DNA of 46,287 bases, taken from positions 1-46,287 of the forward strand of contig NGBS01000044.1 of assembly GCA_002245135.1 (NCBI GenBank), written 5' to 3'. Each line of letters opens with the position of its first letter. The stretch's first letter is position 1. The notes under the pieces were generated by a model, which saw only the letters and a program-made list of their open reading frames with translations, made no database searches and had not been told where the DNA came from. Made by a program: the position numbers and the translations under genes. Origin of the DNA: Proteromonas lacertae (Eukaryota). This document shows, piece after piece, positions 1 through 12,126 of the stretch.

Positions 1-2297
1 TTTTCGTATAATTCCATTAACCATGTTGATTTAATATTCATTTCTTCTTCTTTTTCTTCTTCTTCTCTAGATTCTATTGATTCATTAAGTCTATATGGTT
101 TATTATCAAATGGATAAGTTGGTAATTCAATAAATTCACCTCCTTCATATATATTTCTCCAATTAATATTCACACCTCTTTGATATAATGTGGAGATAAT
201 ATTCAAAATACACTCATCATCTGATTTTACGCTTAACACATTTTCAGAAGAAGATAAACCAAAGTTTAGAATAAGATTACACTCTTGAGTGTTTTGTATA
301 ATATATCGATTTGTTCTGCTTTAATTTCATTTTTGTTACTGACTTTTGAAATAGCAGAATCAAATGGAATAATAGATAATGATTGAATATCTAAATAAGG
401 ATATTTTAGGTGTAGAATAGTTAAGTGGAGTTGAATGATATAAGTAATTAAAAGCATCTTGAATAGTTATAATATCAGAAATACAACCAGCAGATAATAT
501 ACCAACTCCATTTCCACCTACACACAGAGGTTCAATACCAACTGATAAAAATAATTTTGATAATGAATACTGAATAGATAAAACCAAAGATTGATATGTA
601 TATCATCACCTGGGTTTTGAATGTGATCATATAATGATTTTGATGTTAATTGTTGAAATATTACATTGCATTCATCAAACGACTTCTTAAAATTGGAGTA
701 TTTACATAGATCAGATTGTTTTCTGAATGTCGAAACAGTAATCAAAGAAAAATCCATAATGTGTTGGTAATACTACTACATCTTGTTGTTTATCAGTCTC
801 ATTCTTCCATTTATCTAATTGAGAGAGTAATTCATCAATTGAATTAACATTGAAACTAATTCTTGAAGTACATTCATATCTTCCTGTATTAATAGCTTTA
901 GCAAGATTATATATTTCAATTGAATTCTTTTTTTCTTCTACAACAGTATGTAATTGATCAACAACTTCATTCAAATGTTGTTTAGTTGGGTGATGATAAT
1001 GTTATTAAACAGGATGAATAAGAAGGAATAGATTTGGTTTGGTTTATTATATTCTTTTAATATCACAGATACATTATTACCACTCATACCAAATCCATTT
1101 ACTAAAGCATAACGAATATTATTATTATTATTGTCCCAATTACATATTTGTTTTGGTATAACAATGCCTTTTCCTTCATCATAACCTAACTCTGGATTAA
1201 TAGTATTTAAATTCACAGTACCTGGAATTTGTTTATTATGTAATGCTAATATAGTTTTAATTACACCTGCAATACCAGCAGCAGCTTCTAAATGTCCAAT
1301 ATTACCTTTAACAGATCCAATCATTAATTTCTCATTATGTTCAGCAAAAACACTACAATTGAATTAGCTTCAGTTTTATCACCCACAGATGTCCCAGTTC
1401 CATGAGCTTCAACGTAACTAATATCAGTTGATTTAATACCAGCCATTTGTAATGCTTTTTTCATCACATCTTGTTGTGCGCTTGTACTTGGTGATGTTAA
1501 TGTCTCAGAATGACCATCTTGAGTTACAGAACTACTTTCTATTGTACACCATATATTATCACCATCTCTTTCAGCATCTTCTAAACGTTTTAATATCACA
1601 AAACCACATCCTTCACTTCTTACATAACCATTAGCAGATATATCGAATGGTTTGCATTTTCCATCTGGTGATAACATTCCAGCTTTTGAATATCCAATTG
1701 TTTTTTCAGGCCGAGAGGATTAAATTGATTCCACCAGTTATTGCCATGTTACATTCACTTAATTTTCAAACTTTGACAGGCTAAATGCAATGCAGTCATT
1801 GAAGAAGATTGAGCTGTATCTATTGACATTGAAGGACCTTCTAAACCGAGAAAATATGATATTCTACCAGATGCAACACCAGCAGCATTTCCTGTCCCGA
1901 AGAAAGCGCTAGATGCATTTGATTGATTTGCATATTCTGAACCACTAATTCCCAAAAATACTCCTGTATTACTACCTTGCAATAACGATGGTTGCTGATG
2001 TGCATTTTCAAGAGCTTCTACACATGTTTCTAATGCAATTCGTTGTTGAGGATCCATTAATTGTGCTTCTCTTGGCGCAATTCCAAAAAACTCTGTATCA
2101 AATTCATCATAATTAGAGATAAAACCTCCCTGATCTGACACAATTTTTCTATTCTTAATTAATTCATTCACATCAAATCTAGAATCAGGTACACGAGAGA
2201 TAGTGCTCTTCGAACTAGCCAGTACATCCCAATAGGAACCAGGATTATCCGCTCCTGGAAACCTACACGCAATACCAATGACAGCAATGGATTGCAT
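1..2297 (-). CDS. Type I modular polyketide synthase, 5' part (KSQ, degenerate AT, post-AT linker); runs off the window start; broken by several 1-nt indels
   Basis: KS motifs IAVIGIACRFPGA, MDPQQR, GPSMSIDTAQSSS, EAHGTGT, GSVKGNIGHLEAAAG and VNGFGMSGNN. AT-like LSKLFLSVGIEP...GNGVG. Linker VNINWRNIY...ELPTYPFD at ~105-180. Indels at ~1765, ~1710, ~1356, ~1035, ~985, ~712 and ~585 restore one reading. No introns seen. Confidence 0.93.
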
Positions 2298-2788
2298 TTT
2301 TAAAATACGTAGAATTATTTTTGATGACGTTTATACATTTTATTAATAGTGTGTTGTTGCATTTCTTCTTTTTTCAGCTTAAACCCATCGAGAAACCCAT
2401 TATTATGATAGAACTGTAATATATTGCTGATACAGGAGCTTTTCACACCATTTTTCAAAATTTTGAAATATAAATCAATCTATTCTTCATTTATAAATTA
2501 AGAAAAAACTTCTCTACTCAATGACATGCCTGTGGAAGGTATTCAATGTGATATATAAAATAATGGCACTACAAAATGAATATGGTTGGAATAAAACTAT
2601 GACTAAGTTATATTATTTTTTTATACTTAATATAATATGAAATTCGATACTAAAGTACAATCTTCAAAAACAAGCGATTTGAGGATGTTATATAACATTT
2701 ATGACAATTTAGAACATCAGTAATAAACCTAATTCTTTTTTTCTATGAAATCTCTTCTTCTTTTCTCTTCTAATCACTCTTAAAAGGA

Positions 2789-2799
2789 TTTGGCGCGAA
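2789..2799. promoter_or_regulatory. E2F-like site TTTGGCGCGAA in the divergent PKS/COG5 promoter
   Basis: Matches the TTTSSCGC consensus; CG-rich word in very AT-rich DNA; same core as 27063-27073. Confidence 0.45.
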
Positions 2800-2867
2800 G
2801 TAAAGTGATTTAAACACGACTTCGGTTCGACCCTTTCAAGCTTTTTCTTTTTCAATTTTTTTGAAAA

Positions 2868-4102
2868 ATGGCTGATATCTTATCAGAAATAAGACAGGAC
2901 TGTATGTATTCAACATTTATTATTTTTTAGCAACTTTTTCTTCGATTCTAAGCGATGGTTTCGATGAGACTGAGTTTGCTAGTAGATTTGTTGGAAATAA
3001 TGCAGCAAAAAATATAGCAGTAACAAATGTGAATAGTTGTATTAAAAGATTGACTGATCATATTTATTCTGTTGAAAAATCTATTGGAACTATGGTTACT
3101 GAGAATCAAACCATTCTCTTGAATACTGTGACTGATACAATAAAATTTAAACGTGAGATAGAACCATTAATAACAGAACTAACTAATTTAAAAGCAAAAA
3201 CCTCACAAATTAAAGGCTTAATTACAAAACCATTGAATGATATGAGAAATTACGTGTTACAATTAGAGCGTATGCAACTAACAGCCAAAATACTCCGTCG
3301 TGTCAAATCAATTCTTGTCTCTCTGAAGAAATTACAAGGAATGGATATGAATTCATTAAACGGTAGAGATTTACTAAAAGCTAGTGTAACAATCCATGAT
3401 ATAGAATACTGTCTAAAAGAAGACGATATGAGTGGTATTCCAGTAGTGGAAAATCAATTACCATATGTTGTTCAATTCTCCAGTCAAATTAGAAAATCAG
3501 CAATGGATTCATTTCAATCAGGATTAAGTGAATTAAATAACACCAATATATCAATAGCTATACAAGTATTTTACAATTTGAACTGTCTACCAGCAAGAGT
3601 AAATGACGCAATTACATGGTCAGTTCAATCTGTATTAAAATCAATACAGCAAGTGATTATATTAAATAATACTAGAAATCCATCACCACAAACATTATGG
3701 GATAGAATACAAGAATGGTCTGAAGTATTTCATTCCAGTTGTTTACAGATGTGGACATTAGAAAGAGTATTATCAAAGAAAAGAGAACCAAACACTAGAC
3801 AAACCTATGCTGAATTGTTAAAGAAGGAAGGATTAGTAGGAATAACAGATACTTTCACTTTGTTAGTTGGTAATGCTATTAATAATGAGTTTGTTAGTTG
3901 TCCACCTAAATCTTTTGTTTATAATCATTTGGTTAATGAATATAAACGATTAGCTGAGATTATTGATAATATATATAATAGATTATCAACTTCAACTAAA
4001 ACTGTAGGTATGCAACAAGGTATTAGTTCTAAATGGAATAAAGCTAACTTTTTGAAAGGTTTTGAAGAATTTGAAATTGCTTTTTCAAGAAATAAATCAT
4101 AA
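2868..4102 (+). CDS. COG5: Conserved oligomeric Golgi complex subunit 5-like (short, ~400 aa)
   Basis: ATG 2868; intron 2902-2930 joins in frame to ORF 3029-4102. Motifs FDETEFAS, IAIQVFYNLNCL and QMWTLERVLSKKREP are typical of the COG5 N-terminal half. Confidence 0.8.
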
Positions 4103-4131
4103 ATTAATTTATTATTATTGTTTTTTTTTAA

Positions 4132-4254
4132 TTATAGATTGGAAAATATTCGATTAGGTTTGGGAGTATTAGATCTAATATATTTTGTTAAAACATTCTT
4201 ATTCTTTGCATATTTCGATTTATAAAGTGCATAAACATCTTCACTATTTTGCAT
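4132..4254 (-). pseudogene. 40-codon internally deleted relative of the BTB gene family
   Basis: MQNSEDVYALYKSKYAKNKNVLTKYIRSNTPKPNRIFSNL* aligns with the family C-terminus. The upstream 4255-4290 closely matches the BTB gene leader 6026-6063. Confidence 0.65.
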
Positions 4255-4429
4255 ATTTTAATATCAAATATAACATGAAAGACTATATTTATAGAATTAT
4301 TCATTCTTTACATTTTTGCAAGAAGTGATGTTTTTGTTTTTGTTTATTTATTTTATGGAATATAAATAAACTACAAACATATTCGTAATTATAGTATCAA
4401 AACTATATATGATTAAAATAGAATTAGGA

Positions 4430-6025
4430 TTAGGAATATACACCTAAACCCATTCTTTTAGATAACTTAGTTTTCTTTTTCTTCTTGTCAGACACTTCAT
4501 TCACTTCTTCCATCTTTATCATCCCATTTTCTGTATATTGGGTAATATAATTTGTTAATGTTTTTTTATTTCTTACATATTTAGAGCTTAAAAGTTGAAG
4601 AAGTATTTCAATCCCATTCATTTTATATAAAACATCAATATCTTCATTTGTATGAGTAAAATATGAATATAATTCCATAATTCGATTATTATTTTCACAA
4701 AAATTTCTACAGAATAATACTTGTTTCAAAATCTTTATTTTATCCTCAAGAGTAAATTTTTCATATAATCGTATTTTGATTTTCTTTGATAATTTGTATA
4801 TCACCAGTATTTCTATTGCACTTTTTGTTCTTTTTACTTCTTCTAATAACATACTTGACAAATCAAGATGAATAATCTGTCTAATGTTACTTTCATCATC
4901 ATCTATAAGACATAACATAATTATTAAAAAATACAAAAAATATCAATATTATTTCTTCTATACTCTGAATTATTCTTACTTTCATAAATATCTAATTTCA
5001 ATTCTATTGATGGTTCTTCATTTATTATATCAATTCTATTAGTTTTTTCTTCTTCATTTTCAGGAGTAAATCCTATATTATCTTCTTCAACAATCTCATC
5101 ATCTTTCATTAAACTCAATTCTCGAATACCTCTTCGAATTATTCGATTAAGAATGTCATTTCCTGTTTTAGGTTCTTCTATTATAAATCATATAATATAA
5201 ATAATATACCACTATATATTCGATTTTTAATTTCATTTTCATTTTTTCTTTTATACATCATATTCAGATCGATCAGTTCCATATCATCAGGATTTATATC
5301 ACCAATGTTGATCTCTTTCCAGTTCAATAATTTCATTGTTTCATCATATTCATTCTTTTCTTTTGATTGACTTATTTCATTATTTCGTCTCTTTTCATTA
5401 TGATTCTTATAATGATTTAATATCTTATCCAACAAATATTTCTCATTTGGAACTAGTAAATTATCAATAGAGATTATGAATTTTAAATCATTAATCAATA
5501 GTGATTTTAATATCATTTCATCATTTAAGATTTCACAACAGTTGATTTGAATGAAATCTTTTAATGACAATTCTATATCATCCATATAGTTCTTTGGAAT
5601 TAAATATAGCATATTCAGTATATTTATTACTAAATTCTTACTCGGATGAGTTTTTATATATCTCAGACAAATATTCATCATTTTTTGTTCATCTAAACAA
5701 ATACAACACTTTAATAACTCACATACATTCTCTTCATCAATTTCTATTGTTCCATATCCATAATAACATGATAATAACAAGAAAGCTCTTTTAGTTATTT
5801 GATCAGGAAGTGTAATTTTCGATTCAGCTTTTGGATCTTGAATTATTCTTCTTAACCTCTCATTAGAATGACACATGAACAAGGAAATAGATGGAATTTC
5901 TTCTTTTTCAGCGATAAAGACTAGATCAGAATATCCATCCTTTATCATTGTTTCAATTATTCTATCGTGCAACAAAATAAATAATAATCATACCCATATT
6001 CTCCACAACCTTTTGTAACCTTCAT
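4430..6025 (-). CDS. BTB/POZ(-BACK) domain protein, copy 1; C-terminus altered by an insertion
   Basis: ATG 6025, short GT-AG introns (incl. 4903-4934). BTB-like YSDLVF...AFLLLSCYYGYGTIEIDEENVCELL; BACK-like DNLLVPNEKYLLDKILNH. Confidence 0.8.
4441..4533. mobile_element. 93-bp insertion (CA...TG) flanked by TATA direct repeats
   Basis: TATA at 4437-4440 and 4534-4537. Removal restores TNYITQYIPNPNSIL, matching the paralog TNYISSNISNPNSIL. Confidence 0.55.
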
Positions 6026-6070
6026 ATTTTACTTTCAAATATTACATGAAACGACTATATTTTTGTATTT
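5099..6070. repeat. Direct repeat A1 (~970 bp, near identical to 15552-16523)
   Basis: Offset 10453 bp; identical 264-aa ORF; only about three synonymous differences seen. Confidence 0.97.
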
Positions 6071-6173
6071 AAGATTATTCATCAGCAAGTTGAGAAAAGA
6101 AGGTAACAGTATGATAAATCTACTCATTTTTATTAATCCTTTTTATTTATTAAAATTCACACAAAAATATAAA

Positions 6174-7172
6174 CTAAAAGATTAATGTATTTAAAACAAT
6201 CTCTTTATAGATTTGAAAATAAATTTGAAGTATTACTTTATTTATTGGATTATTTTCTATGCCATTTATTAACATTTTAATGTATTTACTCATCTCACAC
6301 AACAATATCAATGTTCTTTTATATATACAAAAGTATTGATGTATGATGTTATTCTCATTTGAAAAGAGAGATAACAATATTGAATTATTCTTATTATCAT
6401 CAACTATATAATATATATATATATATACATATATATACATGCAAAATATGTTAAAAGGTAGAAACAATTCTTCTTCAATTCATTAAAATCATTTAATTCT
6501 ATTATAAAATCTTTCATTTCATTATACTATATATTAACAACATTAATAAGAGTAATAATATATACAAATAATGGTAAAGTATCATTTTGATACAATATAG
6601 TTAGTGTCTAGTAATGATAATGAATATATATTAGAAATATAGAAATACATTTATTAATTCATTAACATTTGATTGAGATAATCTATTATTAGATTCTAGT
6701 TTCTGTGGATATTGACATGACAATAATGCTGTTATTTCATCAATTTGATTTTTATTTTCTATTAACATATTAACAGACATATTAGATTGAAGTGTAGCTA
6801 AAACTACTTGTTTAGATTTTAAATATTCCTTTTGATTTATTCTACATTGAATATTATTCTATGCATTTCATAATTTTAAATCATAATACAATTATTTCTG
6901 GATTTATTGGATATATTGGGGGAATATTTAACTGTTTTCTCAAATTTTCATCTTGAACATTTGAAAATCCGCATATTCTGCAAACATTAAATGAATCAGC
7001 AAGTATTACAACAAAAGAATGGCATATATAGCAAGGGAACAAGTTATTCTTACATAAAGGACTATATTATAAATAATTAGTTTCAATACCATGAATAGGT
7101 TACAATCTGATTAGTTTTATCCTCTATTAATGAATCATTAATCTCATTCTCACAAGAAGGACAAATTACCAT
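6174..7172 (-). CDS. Protein with an N-terminal 4xCxxC double zinc ribbon (resembles the UBR4 Cys-rich segment); 3' end uncertain
   Basis: Spliced reading MVICPSC...CPLCKNNLFPCYICH...VCRICGF from ATG 7172; several short introns. Confidence 0.55.
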
Positions 7173-7264
7173 ACTGACTTATGTAATGTCATAGTTACCA
7201 AAAAACAAAAAATATAAAAATTACATCATTTCCACTGATTTATTTTTTATTAATTAGTTATATT

Positions 7265-8385
7265 TTAAATCCATGCAGGACGATGACCATATTCTTTATG
7301 TTGAATAAGTCTTCCATACATAATACTCATTTGTTCAAGGAATACAAATGTAAGAATTGTATGTGGACCAACTCTGAGAAAATAAGGCATAAAACCTTTC
7401 CAAAATCCTAATACACCTTCATTCTTGAGTAAAGTAACAGCACAATCAATTGGTCCTTTATATTGTCCTGGTTTCATTGTCTGTAAACGTGTCTTAACTG
7501 TATCAAGTGGTAATGACACAGCTGATGATATAAAACCAGCTGAAAGTGAAGCCATACCGTGTAAAAGTAAACAATCACTATTAATTGATTAATAATAATA
7601 TATATAATATATATAAATATTATATTATATACTGTTTGAATAATCGTAATTTCTTCCAAAAGAATTGTTTTGATTGACTATACATACCTAATTGTGCAGC
7701 ATTGTGAACCATCGAACGTACAACTGTGGAACTTAAACCAGCAAATAATGTCTTGAATCCTTCTTCACGAATTATACGGACTAAAGCAGATATAGCATTT
7801 TTATAGTTTCTTCTTTGTTCTGGTGGTAAACGACCATCAGCAGACATACGAATTAACACCACTTCTCCTGGATTACCAACAAATGCACCTACTGCACCTG
7901 CAACTGTACCAACTGTTAATCGATCAAATATATTCATATGTTTACCTTTAGCATTCTTCCTTTCTCTTTGTACTGCATATAAACTGTTGTATCTATACAA
8001 ATGCATATAAATAGAATCATATATACACTCCCAATCGGGTTGTGGCATAAAGAATTTGTCTTAAAATACCACCGGTAAGACTATATATTAAAATTATATT
8101 CATTATAAAAAATACCCTCGATATAATCCTTGTCTACCTTCTTCCTTTGCGATCTTAGATAGTAGCTGAAACGAGCCTATTTTCTTGTTTCCTTTACCTC
8201 CCTCATTTCTATTTTATATCATTAAGATAAATTATACATCAATTGCATACGAGTTTTGCAAAGATCAAGAGGATGGACAATCAAAGTTGCCATACATCCA
8301 GCAAGTCCACCAAATATAAACTTTGTCTATAACAAAATTAAAAAAGCAATAATACCCAGGTCGGGGTTTCAGAAACAGAAGACAT
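7265..8385 (-). CDS. Mitochondrial carrier, 2-oxoglutarate/malate (dicarboxylate) type
   Basis: HPLDLCKTRMQL, GNPGEVVLIRMSADGRLPPEQRRNYKN, PLDTVKTRLQ and FWKGFMPYFLRVGPHTILTF; five short introns. Confidence 0.93.
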
Positions 8386-8670
8386 CGTCAAAGAATGATT
8401 AAGATTTGTTGTTTAGGCTCGTTTAGTTTGAGTGTGTTTATTTCTATTTGTAAAGTTTGTAGAGATTTAAGTTTCGTATTTCTAATTACTATTCATAATA
8501 ACACATGCAATTATTAGATTGCTTAACACAACCATTTATATTACATAAATCTTGTCAACAATAGAAAACAACACAGCAGCTATATATATACAGATGTATA
8601 TAAATGTATATTATATTCATAACAAACTATCTGTTAAATTATATGTGTTTGAAAAAGACTGGAATTAAAA

Positions 8671-9597
8671 TTAAGTTCGAATTTCTTGTGAAGCAGTATC
8701 ACTAACATAAGAAGACCAAAATCGCTCAGATAAAGGTTTTGATTTCATATTCTTCTGTAGTTTTAAACATTGATGCATTAAAATAGGATTCTTTTTACAC
8801 AGCACTTTAAATTCATCCATCGATATTACATTATCCTGATTCTCATCATATTCCTTCAATAATTCCATATTCTTATCTTCATTTGAATCTGGTGCTAAAG
8901 TGAAAGCTACTTGCTGAAATTCTATTGGATCCAGTGTTCCATTACTATCTCTATCATACATTTGAAAAACCACTATTTCATATATTAAAGGAATTAGAAA
9001 TACATTTTTGCATATCTTCATAAGACATTACTATAACATTAATACAAAAAAAAAGGTAGTCACAAAAACAAAAATTTGTGTCTATATCATAATTAAGTGA
9101 AGTTATTAACTCCTATTTAATAAATAAACAACAATAAAAACATACTTCTGTATAAACACTTGGTAGTATATCATAATATGATAATATTTGTCTATAGTCA
9201 ATGTAACCATCATAATTTGTATCAATTTCTAAAAAGGATTCATAATACAACTCCAGTTGACCTTGAGTTACTATTTTATATATTAAAAAAATGTTTATAT
9301 ACATTGATATTTTGTAATATACTGTCCTGCATGACCATTCAATGAAAATGAAGTGTATTTTATTGGTTTATAAGGAATACAACAAGAATACTATAGATTA
9401 TAACATCTAAGTTGGATATACACATCCTGTTTTTCTCTTCTTATATTGTTTCCTAATATCTAACTCGTTGCTGCAATGCATATGCTGATTACCATGAGTT
9501 TTAAACCGAATAAGTTGACCATTGCTAACTTGAGCTGTTGATAAAGGAACTACTTCTAACATCGAATTCAATAAGGAAATATACTTTTAGCATCCAT
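8671..9597 (-). CDS. EF-hand calcium-binding protein (calcineurin B/NCS-like C-terminus)
   Basis: EF loops DTNYDGYIDYRQ, DRDSNGTLDPIE and DENQDNVISMDE; ATG 9597; short introns. Confidence 0.85.
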
Positions 9598-9677
9598 CAA
9601 TCGCAGAAAAAGTGTATTTTTAAAATAACGATTATGTTTTTCGTTAACCCAATTCTTAAAATATGAAAATGTATTAC

Positions 9678-9685
9678 AACAAACA
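9678..9685 (-). promoter_or_regulatory. TGTTTGTT 3'-end/polyadenylation motif downstream of PRMT9
   Basis: Exact motif 17 nt past the stop; known just downstream of poly(A) sites in Blastocystis. A second copy at 29666-29673 follows the Cys-rich gene. Confidence 0.5.
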
Positions 9686-9702
9686 CATTTCTAATGTTTT
9701 TA

Positions 9703-12027
9703 TTATTTCATTCCAAAATGAATTTTATTATCTTTACACAAACAAGAGATTTTCATTTTCTCTCCTACTGTCATTTTATTCTCGTTCAAAATAAAAGCTG
9801 ACTGATTCCAGTGAGGTTTTTCTTTATAATTTCCAGAATAATTCATATCAAATGTGTATAGGGTAGAATCATTTGACAAATTATACTTCCACCAATAAAC
9901 TAAAGCATTTGCTATTCCATTATCTATTATTTCTATATCTCTTTCAATATATTGTTCTTTATTCCCATCAATCAATAAAAATGGAATAACATTGCTAATT
10001 CTCTTATAACTCCAATTATATAATGGGAAATCTTGGTATATATTGACACTGAAGCAATTTATAGATTCTAAATTGTATCCAAGTGTATTTTTACTATCAA
10101 CTCTTTGATGTTTTCGTATTTCTTCACATTCAATCTATTAAAGAAATAAAAATGTTATATTAATACAATCATTCCATACAATTCTATTGATTCAGGTATA
10201 CATTTTCCATCTTTCTCTAATAAATACTCTTTTGAATACTCCCAATCTCCTAAACTAGTAAGTTGCAGTCTTCCATCAGCTCCAATAGGATTGTGATATA
10301 TATATTTATACTTCTTTATATCTTTTAATGAATTACATAGATCTTTATCAGCAGAATGTATTCGTAAATTGTTATTCCTATTATATTGTTTATAAACATC
10401 ACAACTAAATGGATCTAAATTTATTACATCAATATTTATATTCTTATTCATATTATTAGTAATGTAACTCAATATTGAACTTCCACCACACATATCCAAT
10501 ATCTTTATATCATCATTTTCATTATTAAAAATCAAACTATTAATTACTATACTCCATTCAGTATGATATTTTTCATCATTTAATAATACTATCTCATTCA
10601 ACTCAATTGATATTCCAGATATATTCTTCATTGTTAATTTTGACTTCTCTTCTATTATATTGAATCTAATTGCTTTATCTTCAGCTATTACTTCAATTTC
10701 AATAATATCTCCTTCTTTCACTTGAATACTTGGCTCAACTGAATAAATTGCTTGTTCCCAACTAACATCATATTTGTATGAAGTTGTGACAATATGTTTT
10801 TCATCTAAAAACAAATTCACATATCCCAAAATTGCATTTATTTCACCATCTTTCAAGATTTTCACTTTATATTTATTATGAGGTAATGGAATTCCTGGTG
10901 TATTGAAATTAATTGAACAACCAACAAATTCATCACTTAAATATTCATAATCAAAATATCTTATCTCTTCACATGTATATGGCTCATATACTCTATAAAT
11001 AAATGGTATTTCATTATTATTCTTACTTCTTATACTTGGTGTAGATAACCATCTTCTTCTTAACTCATCACTTTGTATTAATTGACATATCATTTCACCT
11101 TTATATGGAATTATTATTCCATTTGTATTTAATAATCTTCTATATATATATATATATATATATATAATAAATATATATATATATATACTTCTGTGCATCT
11201 CTCAATGTTGGTACAATTTCTTCACCTAACAATCCAGCATCAATAATCTCTGTAACTATCATATTTACTTTATCTTTAATATCTTTACCAACTTCAATAT
11301 CATAAGATGATTTTAATAATAAATTAATATCATTAGACATATTATTGCTGTAAATACAGTCTTTTGCTACACAATACATTGCTTCATTTCTTTCACAACT
11401 AGATATATCCATTCCGCCATTTGTTTCACATATCATTGACAAAATACCTGTTCCTGTTCCTATATCTAATATACCAATGTTTTTCTTCATTATTGCTTCT
11501 TTTATTGCTTCATTATAGTTGATATTTCTTTGATAATCGTTTAACATTCGAAAATGCCATCTTTCTATAAATTCATTCTTTAAATTGTCTATTCCTTCTA
11601 CTGCATTTAAGTCATTTGGATTTAATCGCTGTGCTTCATTTAGTAACAATATTGCATTGTAATGATTTCCTAAATTGTAGAAATAGCTTGCTTTTTCAAC
11701 CAATAAACGACTATGATATTCAATTGGCATATCCTTTTGTATTTCATCATAATATTCTAATATTTTGTCATTTTCTTCATCTCCCAACATCTTTAAACAC
11801 AAGCATATTGAATCTATGATTTTTGAAATCTTGTTTGATGATACATCCAATATATTCATATACATTACTAATGCATTTTCATATTCTCCTGACTACAATA
11901 TAATAATATTATTCACAAATGAACAAAATACATTTTCAAAGCCATTTCCTCTTTTAATAAGCTCTTCACTAATATCTTCTCTTTCTTGTTCTGTTAAAGA
12001 TTCAATAGTTTCATCATTTTCCTCCAT
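9703..12027 (-). CDS. PRMT9: Protein arginine methyltransferase 9-like (TPR plus two methyltransferase modules)
   Basis: TPR-like helices, then IERWHFRMLNDYQRN, ILDIGTGTGILS, IVTEIIDAGLLGE and WEQA; second degenerate module ILDMCGGS...HWNQ. Confidence 0.88.
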
Positions 12028-12063
12028 AATCACTTAGAAAATCGATAAATTATGTATTATTCT

Positions 12064-12079
12064 AAAAATATAGTCGTTT
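12064..12079. promoter_or_regulatory. Recurrent motif AAAAATATAGTCGTTT
   Basis: Exact copies at 12064-12079, 14837-14852 and, inverted, within 6047-6064 and 16500-16517; always within ~20-50 nt of a start codon. Confidence 0.6.
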
Positions 12080-12126
12080 TAGAAACATAAAAAACTAAAA
12101 TTCTCATGGAATAAGTTATATTACAG

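Noticed and set aside
1..2297. PKS as a pseudogene
   Set aside because: All lesions seen are 1-nt indels of the kind also found in essential RPAC1, so assembly error is at least as likely
2298..2788. Small gene or telomere-like repeats (AAACCC twice) in the PKS-COG5 spacer
   Set aside because: No convincing ORF or tandem array
11140..11188. (TA)n tract and the overlapping IYIYIY ORF ends
   Set aside because: Microsatellite inside an ordinary GT-AG intron of PRMT9
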